Shown: positions 27,774-36,181 of the stretch, in pieces | Position numbering within the stretch: position 1 is the stretch's first letter | How the letters are laid out: every line of letters begins with the position of its first letter | Assembly: GCA_029762535.1 (NCBI GenBank) | Contig: JARVGK010000016.1 | Location: 1 to 64,000 of the forward strand | Direction of reading: 5' to 3' | DNA length: 64,000 nt | Source: Thermoplasmatota archaeon | GTDB lineage: Archaea; Thermoplasmatota; Penumbrarchaeia; Penumbrarchaeales; Penumbrarchaeaceae | Program-made: the position numbers and the translations under genes | The notes under the pieces: generated by a model | The model's database searches: none | What the model was told of the DNA's origin: nothing | Seen by the model: the letters and a program-made list of their open reading frames with translations, nothing else

Positions 27774-28313
27774 TTAGTTTCCGGAGTTCCTGTTCTGGGC
27801 TCCGTTCCCGCCGTTTGTCTGGTCTCGATCCCTGTCCTGGATCTGGGTTCCGGACCGATCCTGTTCTTCCTGGTCATACGGCTCCTCTGAGGATCCAGGT
27901 TCGCCCTCATCGCAGGAGCCGTCCTTGCTCTGATCGCGGGACCGATCCTGGACATTCTCAGGTTCGCTCTCATCGCAGGAGCCGTCCTTGCTCTGCTCAC
28001 GGGACCGATCCTGGGCGTTCTCAGGTTCACCCTCATCGCAGGAACCGTCCTTGCTCTGCTCGCGCGCCAGCTCGCTAACCTGCATCCCGAACTCACCTGG
28101 ATCGCCCTCGCTGCAGGACCTATCCTTCAAGCGTGCACGATCTCTGATAAGGGCCCCCATGGTCTTTTGGACCCTTTCCAAGGCAGGCGTTCCCTCCGCC
28201 GCTCGTAGGATCGAGCCTTCATCCATCGCACCTGCTGCGGAAGAGATAAGGGCGACCCCTATCAGGATCCCCAACGCCGCAAGGGAGCCGAGGACCAATG
28301 CTTTGGTTTTCAT
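27774..28313 (-). CDS. Exported low-complexity protein with 21-aa 'QDRSREQSKDGSCDEGEPENA' repeats
   Basis: Signal peptide, GGAGG RBS, tandem repeats. Confidence 0.75.
   Translation of the reverse strand: MKTKALVLGSLAALGILIGVALISSAAGAMDEGSILRAAEGTPALERVQKTMGALIRDRARLKDRSCSEGDPGEFGMQVSELAREQSKDGSCDEGEPENAQDRSREQSKDGSCDESEPENVQDRSRDQSKDGSCDEGEPGSSEEPYDQEEQDRSGTQIQDRDRDQTNGGNGAQNRNSGN
27896..28064. repeat. 63-bp coding tandem repeat, ~2.7 copies
   Basis: caggttc(g/a)c(c/t)ctcatcgcagga at 27896, 27959 and 28022. Confidence 0.9.
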
Positions 28314-28364
28314 TTTTTCCTCCTGGGCACATTACACGTAACCCATAGGAGACAGGACCATCGA

Positions 28365-28490
28365 TACTTAAACCGATTATGGAACGCGGCTCTAGATGTG
28401 GTACGGTCCTCTAGATATCGGAACGCCCCGATACTTCATGGTGGTTAACCCTATCTCGATTAGAGCATCGTACCATATTTGACTTATATA
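28365..28490. promoter_or_regulatory. Divergent promoter with three GGWACG-N3-CTCTA operator-like boxes and two TATA boxes
   Basis: Boxes at 28381 and 28400 (direct) and 28461-28474 (inverted). TATA-like TTTAAGTA (- strand) and CTTATATA (+ strand) each lie 8 nt from a box. Confidence 0.6.
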
Positions 28491-28511
28491 TCGCGACATA
28501 TACTAAGGAAC

Positions 28512-29519
28512 ATGAGAAAAGCGGCTATCGCGGCATCGATCCTCCTGGCCTCGATATTACTTTTATCGGGTTCGGCAAATGCCAATGATCCGATGGGAGG
28601 ACGGGGCTCCGATGAAGGAATGAGGCAAAACGGAACACCTGGTGGCCCATCAGGTTCGCCCCATCCCTGGGGAGCGATGGAAGGGGGCAGGAATATCGGC
28701 AATGAGATGATGTTCAGGTATTCCCGTAACGGACCGGACATTGGGATAACGGATAAGGACGGAAAAGGTATAACGATGAGGATATCCGATGTTGGATTGT
28801 CGGGGGATGACGGATATTATCTCATAGATATTGCCGAAAGGAACTGGACATACAGCGAACTCGATGATGAGAACGGCGGGGCCATAGGAAGATATGACCT
28901 TTCGTCCTCATGGAGACCTGGAAATTCAACAGTGAACATTTCTCTCGAGTTCGAGCTAGAATGGACACATGAAGGCGGACAGCTCCGATACCGTCTAAAT
29001 ATCGAGGGCATACCCGATGACGGCATGTTAACGATACGCAGCACCTATCGTCTGGAATCCTTTGATGAATGGGGGCCCGGGTTCAAGGCGGAAGGCAGAG
29101 GAGTTAGAATAATAGGGGAGAGGGAGGACGATCTCGGAAGGATCGAGAGCGCAGGCCGTATGAGATACCGATCATCGAACTCATGGGAGGAGGCCCCGGC
29201 CGAGATAACGATAACACCATCTGACGACGAAACGTCCGTGAACACGTCAGCTACCCTTGAAAAAGGCGCTGATTCCATATCCACGGAAGCAACGATAACC
29301 CTGTTCGAGAGCTTCGTGAACGAACTAAGCCATGTCATCGATGGAGGGATCAGCTACGTAAGGGACCATATCGCATCCTTCCTCATCGGTCTCGGATCCG
29401 CAATGATGGTCGTTGTCGTCTCTTTGGCCCTCCTATCCCGGATCAGAGTGGACGGGTCCGAGGGTGTCGTTTTGGAGAAGAACAGATATTACCGCAGCGT
29501 CAAAGGACGGAGTCGATGA
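28512..29519 (+). CDS. Hypothetical membrane-anchored exported protein
   Basis: Signal peptide MRKAAIAASILLASILLL, C-terminal TM. Confidence 0.75.
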   Translation: MRKAAIAASILLASILLLSGSANANDPMGGRGSDEGMRQNGTPGGPSGSPHPWGAMEGGRNIGNEMMFRYSRNGPDIGITDKDGKGITMRISDVGLSGDDGYYLIDIAERNWTYSELDDENGGAIGRYDLSSSWRPGNSTVNISLEFELEWTHEGGQLRYRLNIEGIPDDGMLTIRSTYRLESFDEWGPGFKAEGRGVRIIGEREDDLGRIESAGRMRYRSSNSWEEAPAEITITPSDDETSVNTSATLEKGADSISTEATITLFESFVNELSHVIDGGISYVRDHIASFLIGLGSAMMVVVVSLALLSRIRVDGSEGVVLEKNRYYRSVKGRSR

Positions 29520-30006
29520 TGCGGTCGAATATACTGGTCTTGTACATCACCAAAAGCGTTCCCATCAGGTCCGGTTCGGCAACGTGATAGAACCTTTCCC
29601 GGCCGACCGTTTCGGCTCGGAGTATCCCCATCCCCTCAAGCCTCCTGAGGTGATAGGAGAGAGTCGCGCTCGTGAATGAAAAGCTCTCCAGAATGCGGCT
29701 GGGATTCGATCCGGGATGTTCGATCAGATAGAGGACTATTCCACGGGGGATCTCTCTCCTTAGAATGGATAGCGCCTTCTTCTCGTCCCTCGAAAAACTG
29801 TCGCGAACGTAATACCTGACATGTCCATCCACATGTTCGGAGGTGATCATCTCGGCCTTGATCATGGCGTTGATATGGAAATCTAGCTGCCCTACCGCCA
29901 CTTCGAGGTCCCTTGAGATCCCCCTGAAATGCAGCCCTGGATTGGCCCTGATATGCTCGAATATCCTTTTCCTAACCGGGAGATCGAGCAGGTCCTTCAA
30001 CATCAT
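29500..30006 (-). CDS. Double winged-HTH transcriptional regulator (ArsR-like, archaeal)
   Basis: RKRIFEHIRANPGLHFRGI...LDFH, and a second HTH HPG...ATLSYHLRRLE. Confidence 0.88.
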   Translation of the reverse strand: MMLKDLLDLPVRKRIFEHIRANPGLHFRGISRDLEVAVGQLDFHINAMIKAEMITSEHVDGHVRYYVRDSFSRDEKKALSILRREIPRGIVLYLIEHPGSNPSRILESFSFTSATLSYHLRRLEGMGILRAETVGRERFYHVAEPDLMGTLLVMYKTSIFDRIIDSVL

Positions 30007-30269
30007 CTCCTCCACAGGGCGATGGACAAGAACCCTATGATCACACCGAGGACTATAATGAAATACCTGACCCATCCTGGAACGAACAGCGTTCCTATTT
30101 TCGACAGGATGTCAAGGGAGGAATAGATGAGGATCAAAGCCCCCGATATAGACAGTAACGGCGGCCCGATCCCTCTCCTGTATCTGAATGCGATGATCCC
30201 AAGGGCGATCATTATCACGGAAAGGCACAGCAATGCCCCCGAGAGCAGATCGAAAGGGAAAAGCCGCAT
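30003..30269 (-). CDS. Small 3-TM membrane protein coupled to the wHTH regulator
   Basis: Three hydrophobic helices. Stop overlaps the regulator start. Confidence 0.7.
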   Translation of the reverse strand: MRLFPFDLLSGALLCLSVIMIALGIIAFRYRRGIGPPLLSISGALILIYSSLDILSKIGTLFVPGWVRYFIIVLGVIIGFLSIALWRR

Positions 30270-30290
30270 AGGGGATAATATGCTACTTCT

Positions 30291-31217
30291 TTATTGAACC
30301 TTGCCGGAGCGATACCTAAGAATGAATCTCTTAACGGCCTTCTCGGCAACGACCAGATATATAGAGAAGGATATCAAAAAAATCGAAAGAACCCTCACGG
30401 CGGAGGGTGCCTCGTAGAGAAAGGCCCATGCCAGGAACGAGGCTATGATGGGTTTGAGGTAGAAGAACGATGATCCCTTCGACACCTCGATCTTGTCGAG
30501 GGCTATGAAGAAGAGCATGTAGGCCAACCCCACTGAGATGAAGGACATGAACAGCAGCCCCGCCCAGCTCATCGCCGATATCGAGGCTATATCGAGCGAC
30601 GCCCCCCTTATCATAAGAAGCGGGATCATGAACAGGGATCCCACGATCAGGCTTATGGGGGTCGTGACCCTAGGATCTATCCTTTTGTTCAATGGCTTCA
30701 TCATCACCGAATAGACGGAGAAGCATATAACGGAGAAAAGGATCATTATAGGGGATGAATTGAACGATAACCCACCCCCTTCAGAGACCGAGATTATCAC
30801 GATCCCTGCGGCTCCGAGGACGATCCCCGCCATTCCCACGATGCCCATCCTCTCTTTGAGGATGAGAAGGGACAAAGGGGCTATGAACAACGGCACAGTG
30901 GATATCAATGTCGCCGCGGAGGACGCGCTTATGCCGACGAGCGCAAGATGGAAAAGGGTGAACGTTGCCGTTATGCCAAGCATTGAAAGGAGCATGAGCT
31001 GGGTCCAATCCCTCAACCGGGTCTCCTTCCAGTTCACCTTCTTTCGATATATCCAGATGGCCGGGACCAGTACCAATCCCCCGAGAAAGAAGCGTAGAAA
31101 AGCGATCCATAGAGGATGCATATCATCATTGATGGCCTTGGTGATCACCTCTATCGTGCTCCAGAGGAATATCACCCCCAATAGCATCGATATGGCCCCT
31201 CCTCCATCAACCTTCAA
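30291..31217 (-). CDS. DMT/EamA family transporter
   Basis: 10 TM in two repeats, AFLRF, LKER motifs. Confidence 0.9.
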   Translation of the reverse strand: MKVDGGGAISMLLGVIFLWSTIEVITKAINDDMHPLWIAFLRFFLGGLVLVPAIWIYRKKVNWKETRLRDWTQLMLLSMLGITATFTLFHLALVGISASSAATLISTVPLFIAPLSLLILKERMGIVGMAGIVLGAAGIVIISVSEGGGLSFNSSPIMILFSVICFSVYSVMMKPLNKRIDPRVTTPISLIVGSLFMIPLLMIRGASLDIASISAMSWAGLLFMSFISVGLAYMLFFIALDKIEVSKGSSFFYLKPIIASFLAWAFLYEAPSAVRVLSIFLISFSIYLVVAEKAVKRFILRYRSGKVQ

Positions 31218-31347
31218 CGCATGACTCTCCTGAAGCTGATCACGAACGACAAAAACCTGGTCGTATTAATCCTTTTTCTCGCCATTCACGACGCATCGCT
31301 ATCAGGATTGTTTTATATACATACCCGCAATAAGGTTGGGTTCCACC

Positions 31348-33231
31348 ATGAAATGGCCTAGCCCGACCAGTTGGTTCCGAGATACGTATAGCAAGTTCCC
31401 CGCCGTTTACTGGACAGCCATGAGCTTCGAGCTCATGGAGAGAGGGGCATACTATCTGATGATGCCCATTCTGGTCATCCATGCCCAGTACAACGTCGGG
31501 GTTCCCCTCTACATGGCAGCATGGATCACCATGTTCATGTACCCGCTCCAGTACGGTATTCCGATCCTGAGCGGGGCCCTCGCCGAGAAACTGGGATACC
31601 GAAAACAGATAATCTTCGCCTTTTCCGTGCTCTCTATCGCGTATATGTTCCTCTCGTTCGCCAATTCCACCGTCACGATAATTCTATCCGTGATGCTCGT
31701 GGGGATCGGCATCGGCTCGTACAAACCCCTCGTTTCGGCCACAGTGGCCAAATCCACATCGGACAAGGACCGAAACTATGCCTACAGTATCTACTACTGG
31801 ATCGTGAATTTCGCCGCGGCCGTATTCCCAACGATATGGACCCTGATGGAGATCGCCAAGATCGTCGACCCTACCGTTTACGCTTACGTGTTCAGGGTCG
31901 GTTCCATATTCATGGTCGTTAATATATTCACGGCCATACTCATATTCAAAGAGGTCCCCCGAACAGGCCAGGTCAGGACCGTCAAGGACGTGGGAAGGAA
32001 CATTTCCATCGCCTTCAGGGATGGGAAGTTCGTTGTCATGGTCCTTTTGATTGGAGGGTTCTGGGCGCTATATTCCACGATGCTGAACGCCCTTCCGTTG
32101 ACCCTTTTCAATTTCAAACTGGTCCCCATATGGTTCACCCCCATGATGTTAGGGATATTCAACCCCGCCACCATAATACTCCTGGGTTTCAAGATAAGCA
32201 AGTTCGTGGAGAAGATGGAATCGCTGAAGGTCGTCATGTCGGGGATCATACTCTATCTGGTAGGACTTGCGATAATCGGTCTGACCTTGAATTGGATCCT
32301 TGTGATCGTCGGGATCATCATCGTTTCCATAGGAGAGTTCATGGTCGCTCCCGGTTACCTCGCATTCGTCTCGAAGCTGGCACCCAAAGAGAAGGTCTCG
32401 GCATACATAGGTACGAACTTCCTCTCGTCCATGGTCGGACTTGTTGGGGGAACCTTCGTCTTCGGAGGACTATATACCATCGTAGGGGCGGGCATGGGGA
32501 GGCCCAGGTTCTTCTACGGCCTGCTTATCGCAATAGGCCTTCTGCTTCTCATCGGATTCATGATCTACTACAAAGCATGGGGCCGGGAGATCATAGACAG
32601 GTCCAAGAAGATCAGGATGATGCAGGAGGGTGGTTCGATCGAGGATTATGCAACGACCGAGCCATTCATCATGAGGATATTCGACCGGAAGAGATCCGCC
32701 ATAGTACCGATGCTCCTCATCCCAATAATATTGGTATCGACGTTCATGATGGGAACGAATGAATATTTCCCGCCCCCTTCCCAGACGGATGATGTCATCG
32801 TCGTTTACGAGGAGAACCTCATACAGATAGGGTCCAACGGATACCTACAAGAGGGTGCTTCCGAGATCATCACTGTGGAAGTGCCTGGAACGCCGATGTG
32901 GTTCAACCTCAGCCTGTCATGGCAGGACGAGCCCGCCGGCGGATTGTTCAGGGAGAACCTGGCAGATTCGTTCAGGATCGTTCTGACCTCGCCAGAAGGC
33001 AGAGTGTATGATGGATGCAATGCCGAATCATACACCGGAAGCCTGACCATCAGTTTCAACACCCCTCCCGAGGACAGGCCTACTTTGTCCGGTGAATGGA
33101 CCGTCACCGTGACATGCGTCGAAGCGGGGGACGTCATATCAAGAGGGCCCTTCGGCCTCATCACCTTCGAAGAGGACAACGGAAATGATTGGGCCCTGAC
33201 CGGGTCTATAACGACACTCGTTGAGGCTTGA
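31348..33231 (+). CDS. POT/PTR-like MFS peptide transporter with extra TM and C-terminal extracellular beta domain
   Basis: ELMERGAYY (ExxERFxYY), GSYKP, YSIYYWIVN, SIGEFMVAP, and a ~150-aa soluble tail. Confidence 0.85.
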   Translation: MKWPSPTSWFRDTYSKFPAVYWTAMSFELMERGAYYLMMPILVIHAQYNVGVPLYMAAWITMFMYPLQYGIPILSGALAEKLGYRKQIIFAFSVLSIAYMFLSFANSTVTIILSVMLVGIGIGSYKPLVSATVAKSTSDKDRNYAYSIYYWIVNFAAAVFPTIWTLMEIAKIVDPTVYAYVFRVGSIFMVVNIFTAILIFKEVPRTGQVRTVKDVGRNISIAFRDGKFVVMVLLIGGFWALYSTMLNALPLTLFNFKLVPIWFTPMMLGIFNPATIILLGFKISKFVEKMESLKVVMSGIILYLVGLAIIGLTLNWILVIVGIIIVSIGEFMVAPGYLAFVSKLAPKEKVSAYIGTNFLSSMVGLVGGTFVFGGLYTIVGAGMGRPRFFYGLLIAIGLLLLIGFMIYYKAWGREIIDRSKKIRMMQEGGSIEDYATTEPFIMRIFDRKRSAIVPMLLIPIILVSTFMMGTNEYFPPPSQTDDVIVVYEENLIQIGSNGYLQEGASEIITVEVPGTPMWFNLSLSWQDEPAGGLFRENLADSFRIVLTSPEGRVYDGCNAESYTGSLTISFNTPPEDRPTLSGEWTVTVTCVEAGDVISRGPFGLITFEEDNGNDWALTGSITTLVEA

Positions 33232-33244
33232 TCATCAGAGAGGA

Positions 33245-34177
33245 TTACCAGGGGATCGCGATCGCCATGAACGCCGCATAGCTCAAAAGCAGCAGGAACC
33301 CCTCCTTCCGTCCCATCCTCTTCCTGCTGAGTATGACCCCGATGAGGGTCACGAGCATCATCGCGGGTATGATCCCGCCCGCCATGGTCTGGGAGATCTC
33401 CAGTGGGTCTATTATGCCGGACACTCCGATTATCATGAGGATGTTGAACAGGTTTGATCCCAGTACATTCCCGATGGCGATGCCCTCATGGCCCTTGATC
33501 GCTGCGATGACGGCTGTTAAAAGTTCGGGGAGCGAGGTGCCAAATGCGATTATGGAAAGTCCAATAAAAGTATCCTCAACGTTGAGCAGTTCGGAAAGCC
33601 TGACCGCGGAATTTACAAGAATAGGAGAACCGGTGAAAAGCAGGATGCTGCCGATCAAAGTCATTATTAGGAGAAGCGGTAGTGGACGGGTCTTCTCTAT
33701 GAACTCCGCCGATAGTTTGGACGTTCTGAAAAGGTAGATCGTGTATCCGATGTAAGCGAGGAGGATCATCGCTGCTTCCCATCTCTGGATCCCTCCGATG
33801 GCGGCGACAGCGAAGAGGGCCGTTGCGAGTATAACGGCCCATCCATCCCTGATGACCATCTTATCGGAGCGTATCGGCAAGATGATCACCCCGACCGCTA
33901 GAACTACGCCCACATTGAAGGCGTTGGACCCCACCACATTACCAACGGCGATCCCATTATAGCCCGTTATCGAAGCGGTGACAGATGTGGCAAGCTCGGG
34001 CAGTGATGTCGCGGTCGCAACGAGAGTGACGCCGATGAGATGGCCGCTGATCCCAATTTTTCTTGCTAGGCCCGCCGCCCCCTCTATGAGGAAGTTGGCC
34101 CCTCCGACCAACATCCCAAGTCCGATGATCGTGCCGAGGACCGGCAATATCAACTCTAACACGGATAGCACGGACAT
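33245..34177 (-). CDS. Ca2+/Na+ antiporter (YrbG/NCX family)
   Basis: Alpha repeats ATSLPEL / GTSLPEL and GNVVGSN / GNVLGSN. Confidence 0.93.
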   Translation of the reverse strand: MSVLSVLELILPVLGTIIGLGMLVGGANFLIEGAAGLARKIGISGHLIGVTLVATATSLPELATSVTASITGYNGIAVGNVVGSNAFNVGVVLAVGVIILPIRSDKMVIRDGWAVILATALFAVAAIGGIQRWEAAMILLAYIGYTIYLFRTSKLSAEFIEKTRPLPLLLIMTLIGSILLFTGSPILVNSAVRLSELLNVEDTFIGLSIIAFGTSLPELLTAVIAAIKGHEGIAIGNVLGSNLFNILMIIGVSGIIDPLEISQTMAGGIIPAMMLVTLIGVILSRKRMGRKEGFLLLLSYAAFMAIAIPW

Positions 34178-34223
34178 ATGAGCTGATATATGAAATAATG
34201 GTCGATATTCTCGCTGCCGCCTA

Positions 34224-34904
34224 TCAGATGATGAACTCCTTGGCCTCTCCATCCACCAGTTCGTCATTCAATACTTCTTCGAACGAGGCTATGAACCGCT
34301 CCAATGATGCGATGCTCGGATCTCGACTAGCACCCTCCTCACCCAAGTCTATCCTCTCGGGAGAGAGAAGGGCCATCTTTATGCCGGATCCCTTAAGCTC
34401 CAGGGCTAAAGATCGGGTCAATACCGCCACGGCGGTCTTGGCCGCCCCGTGTGCAGCCACCATCCTGTAACCCATGTTCATTCCTGTTCCAGCAAAGCCG
34501 ATGTTCACGATCCTTCCCACACATCTCCGATACATCGCTTCGATGGCTGCGCGAGACATGAAGAATACGGGATAGATGGAGCCTTCGATTGCCGCGCGGA
34601 ACTCACACTCGCTCATATCGAGAAGTGAACCCTCGAAATAGCTCGAGGCGTTATTGACAAGGAGGTCCAGGCGTCCCGCCTCGTTCTCCACCTGCTCTAC
34701 CATAGATCTCGCATCGGTCTCGGACCCGGGATCGCCATGGAGGACCCCGAACCCCTCTGATATAGCCCTTTCGAGTTCGGGACCACTTTCTCGCCTTGTG
34801 GTTATGAAGACACGATATCCCCTATTCAATAATACTTTCGACATATGGGATCCCAATCGCTTCCTACCTCCGGTCACAATGGCGACTCTATGATGTTCCG
34901 ACAT
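34224..34904 (-). CDS. SDR family oxidoreductase (FolM/pteridine-reductase-like)
   Basis: VTGGRKRLG, LVNNAS, HGAAK at the YxxxK position. Confidence 0.8.
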   Translation of the reverse strand: MSEHHRVAIVTGGRKRLGSHMSKVLLNRGYRVFITTRRESGPELERAISEGFGVLHGDPGSETDARSMVEQVENEAGRLDLLVNNASSYFEGSLLDMSECEFRAAIEGSIYPVFFMSRAAIEAMYRRCVGRIVNIGFAGTGMNMGYRMVAAHGAAKTAVAVLTRSLALELKGSGIKMALLSPERIDLGEEGASRDPSIASLERFIASFEEVLNDELVDGEAKEFII

Positions 34905-34965
34905 GATCTCATCATTGGTATGACCATCATCGATTTAATATGTGGCGGGGTTCGGATACCTTTCA

Positions 34966-35506
34966 TCAATGAGTGCTATACAAAATAAAAATGGTGCGGG
35001 CGCCGGGAACTTTGGATCGTCCTCTCATTGACGATGATTCAGATCCAAAGGGCCAGGAAAATGCCAGAGAGCAAGTGTAATTTGGCATTTTTCGTATCGA
35101 ATTATCTTGAAGCACTCTTTTTCGGAACGTTAAGGATCGACGAAAGAAAAAGAGTGCGGGCGCCGGGACTTTTGGATCGTCCTCTCATTGACGATAATTC
35201 AGATCCAAAGGGCCAGGAAAATGCCAGAGAGCAAGTGTAATTTGGCATTTTTCGTATCGAATTATCTTGAAGCACTCTTTTTCGTAGCGTTAAGCATCGA
35301 CGAAAGAAAAAGAGTGCGGGCGCCGGGATTTGATACTTGGAAAGACCGATGGTCTTTCCGCATCTCGTGAGCTGCTTATCGTCAAAGAGGAATACGCATC
35401 TCACGAGAACCCGGAACGTTTAGTAAACGATTCGTGGGGTTCAAATCCCTCTCGTCAATGAGTGCTATACAAAATAAAAATGGTGCGGGCGCCGGGATTT
35501 GAACCC
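34966..35506. repeat. tRNA-Gly-linked array: three units (160, 160, 169 bp) delimited by tRNA 3'-end copies
   Basis: GTGCGGGCGCCGGGA at 34994, 35154, 35314 and 35483. A 43-bp direct repeat spans 34966-35008 and 35455-35497. Units 1 and 2 are near-identical. Confidence 0.93.
35334..35408. mobile_element. 75-bp double-hairpin element inserted in the T-loop of a tRNA-Gly 3' copy
   Basis: GGAAAGACC-gat-GGTCTTTCC plus TCTCGTGAG-N28-CTCACGAGA. Removing it restores GTGCGGGCGCCGGGATTTGA|ACCCG exactly. Confidence 0.65.
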
Positions 35507-35556
35507 GAGTTTTTAGCTTGGCAAGCTAAAGTGATACCAGGCTACACTACACCCGC
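35481..35556 (-). tRNA. tRNA-Gly(GCC), CCA encoded
   Basis: GCGGGTGTAGTGTAGCCTGGTATCACT TTAGC-TT-GCC-AA-GCTAA AAACTCGGGTTCAAATCCCGGCGCCCGC ACCA. Confidence 0.97.
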
Positions 35557-35596
35557 ATGCGGGAGAGGGTTGAAAGCGCTACCTCTTTTTAAACTT

Positions 35597-36181
35597 TCAC
35601 ATCGCCGATCGCTTTCTATTCCTGACCATTTTCTTAAGTTTCTTCGCACCGTCGTGAGGGCCTCTGAAAAATAGAATATCCCCTCCCTTGATGACCTGGT
35701 CCCTCTCCGGACCGTATATCCATCTCCTGCCTCTCCGGATCGCGATTACCCACATCCCAGTCTCCGAGGCGAGCCTGGCAGCTCCAAGCGAAACTCCATC
35801 GAGTACCGAGCCAGTATCCACCTCCCTCCTGAATATTCCGATATCGCCCTCTCGTATGGATTCCTTCAATATCGGGTGCGGTTCGATCTCCCTCGTCACA
35901 ACCTCTGAGATCGAGAGCGCCGCCCTTGCTATCGAGTTGACATAATTGCACAGATGCAATGCCATCAGCGTCGCATCCGAGGATCCACAGGACATCTCCT
36001 CTATCGCTATCTTCTGTAGCCTGGAAGAGAGCTCGGACACCTCATCACCGAGATGTTCCACCTCCCGGGCGATCTCCTTGCTGTTGTAGAGAAGAGCGGA
36101 ATATGAAAGGTCCACCATCAGCTCGGACGTGTCCTTCATCTCAAGGAAAATGTCCATTATCTCCTCGAAAGGATCGCTCAT
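35597..36181 (-). CDS. PhoU + TrkA-C (RCK-C) domain protein (COG3273-like)
   Basis: EMKDTSELMVDLSYSALLY, ETGMWVIAIRRG. Confidence 0.88.
   Translation of the reverse strand: MSDPFEEIMDIFLEMKDTSELMVDLSYSALLYNSKEIAREVEHLGDEVSELSSRLQKIAIEEMSCGSSDATLMALHLCNYVNSIARAALSISEVVTREIEPHPILKESIREGDIGIFRREVDTGSVLDGVSLGAARLASETGMWVIAIRRGRRWIYGPERDQVIKGGDILFFRGPHDGAKKLKKMVRNRKRSAM

Noticed and set aside
34966-35497. CRISPR array interpretation of the tRNA-Gly repeats
   Set aside because: The repeat is a tRNA 3' end, the intervening units are ~145 bp and two are near-identical, and there are no cas genes.
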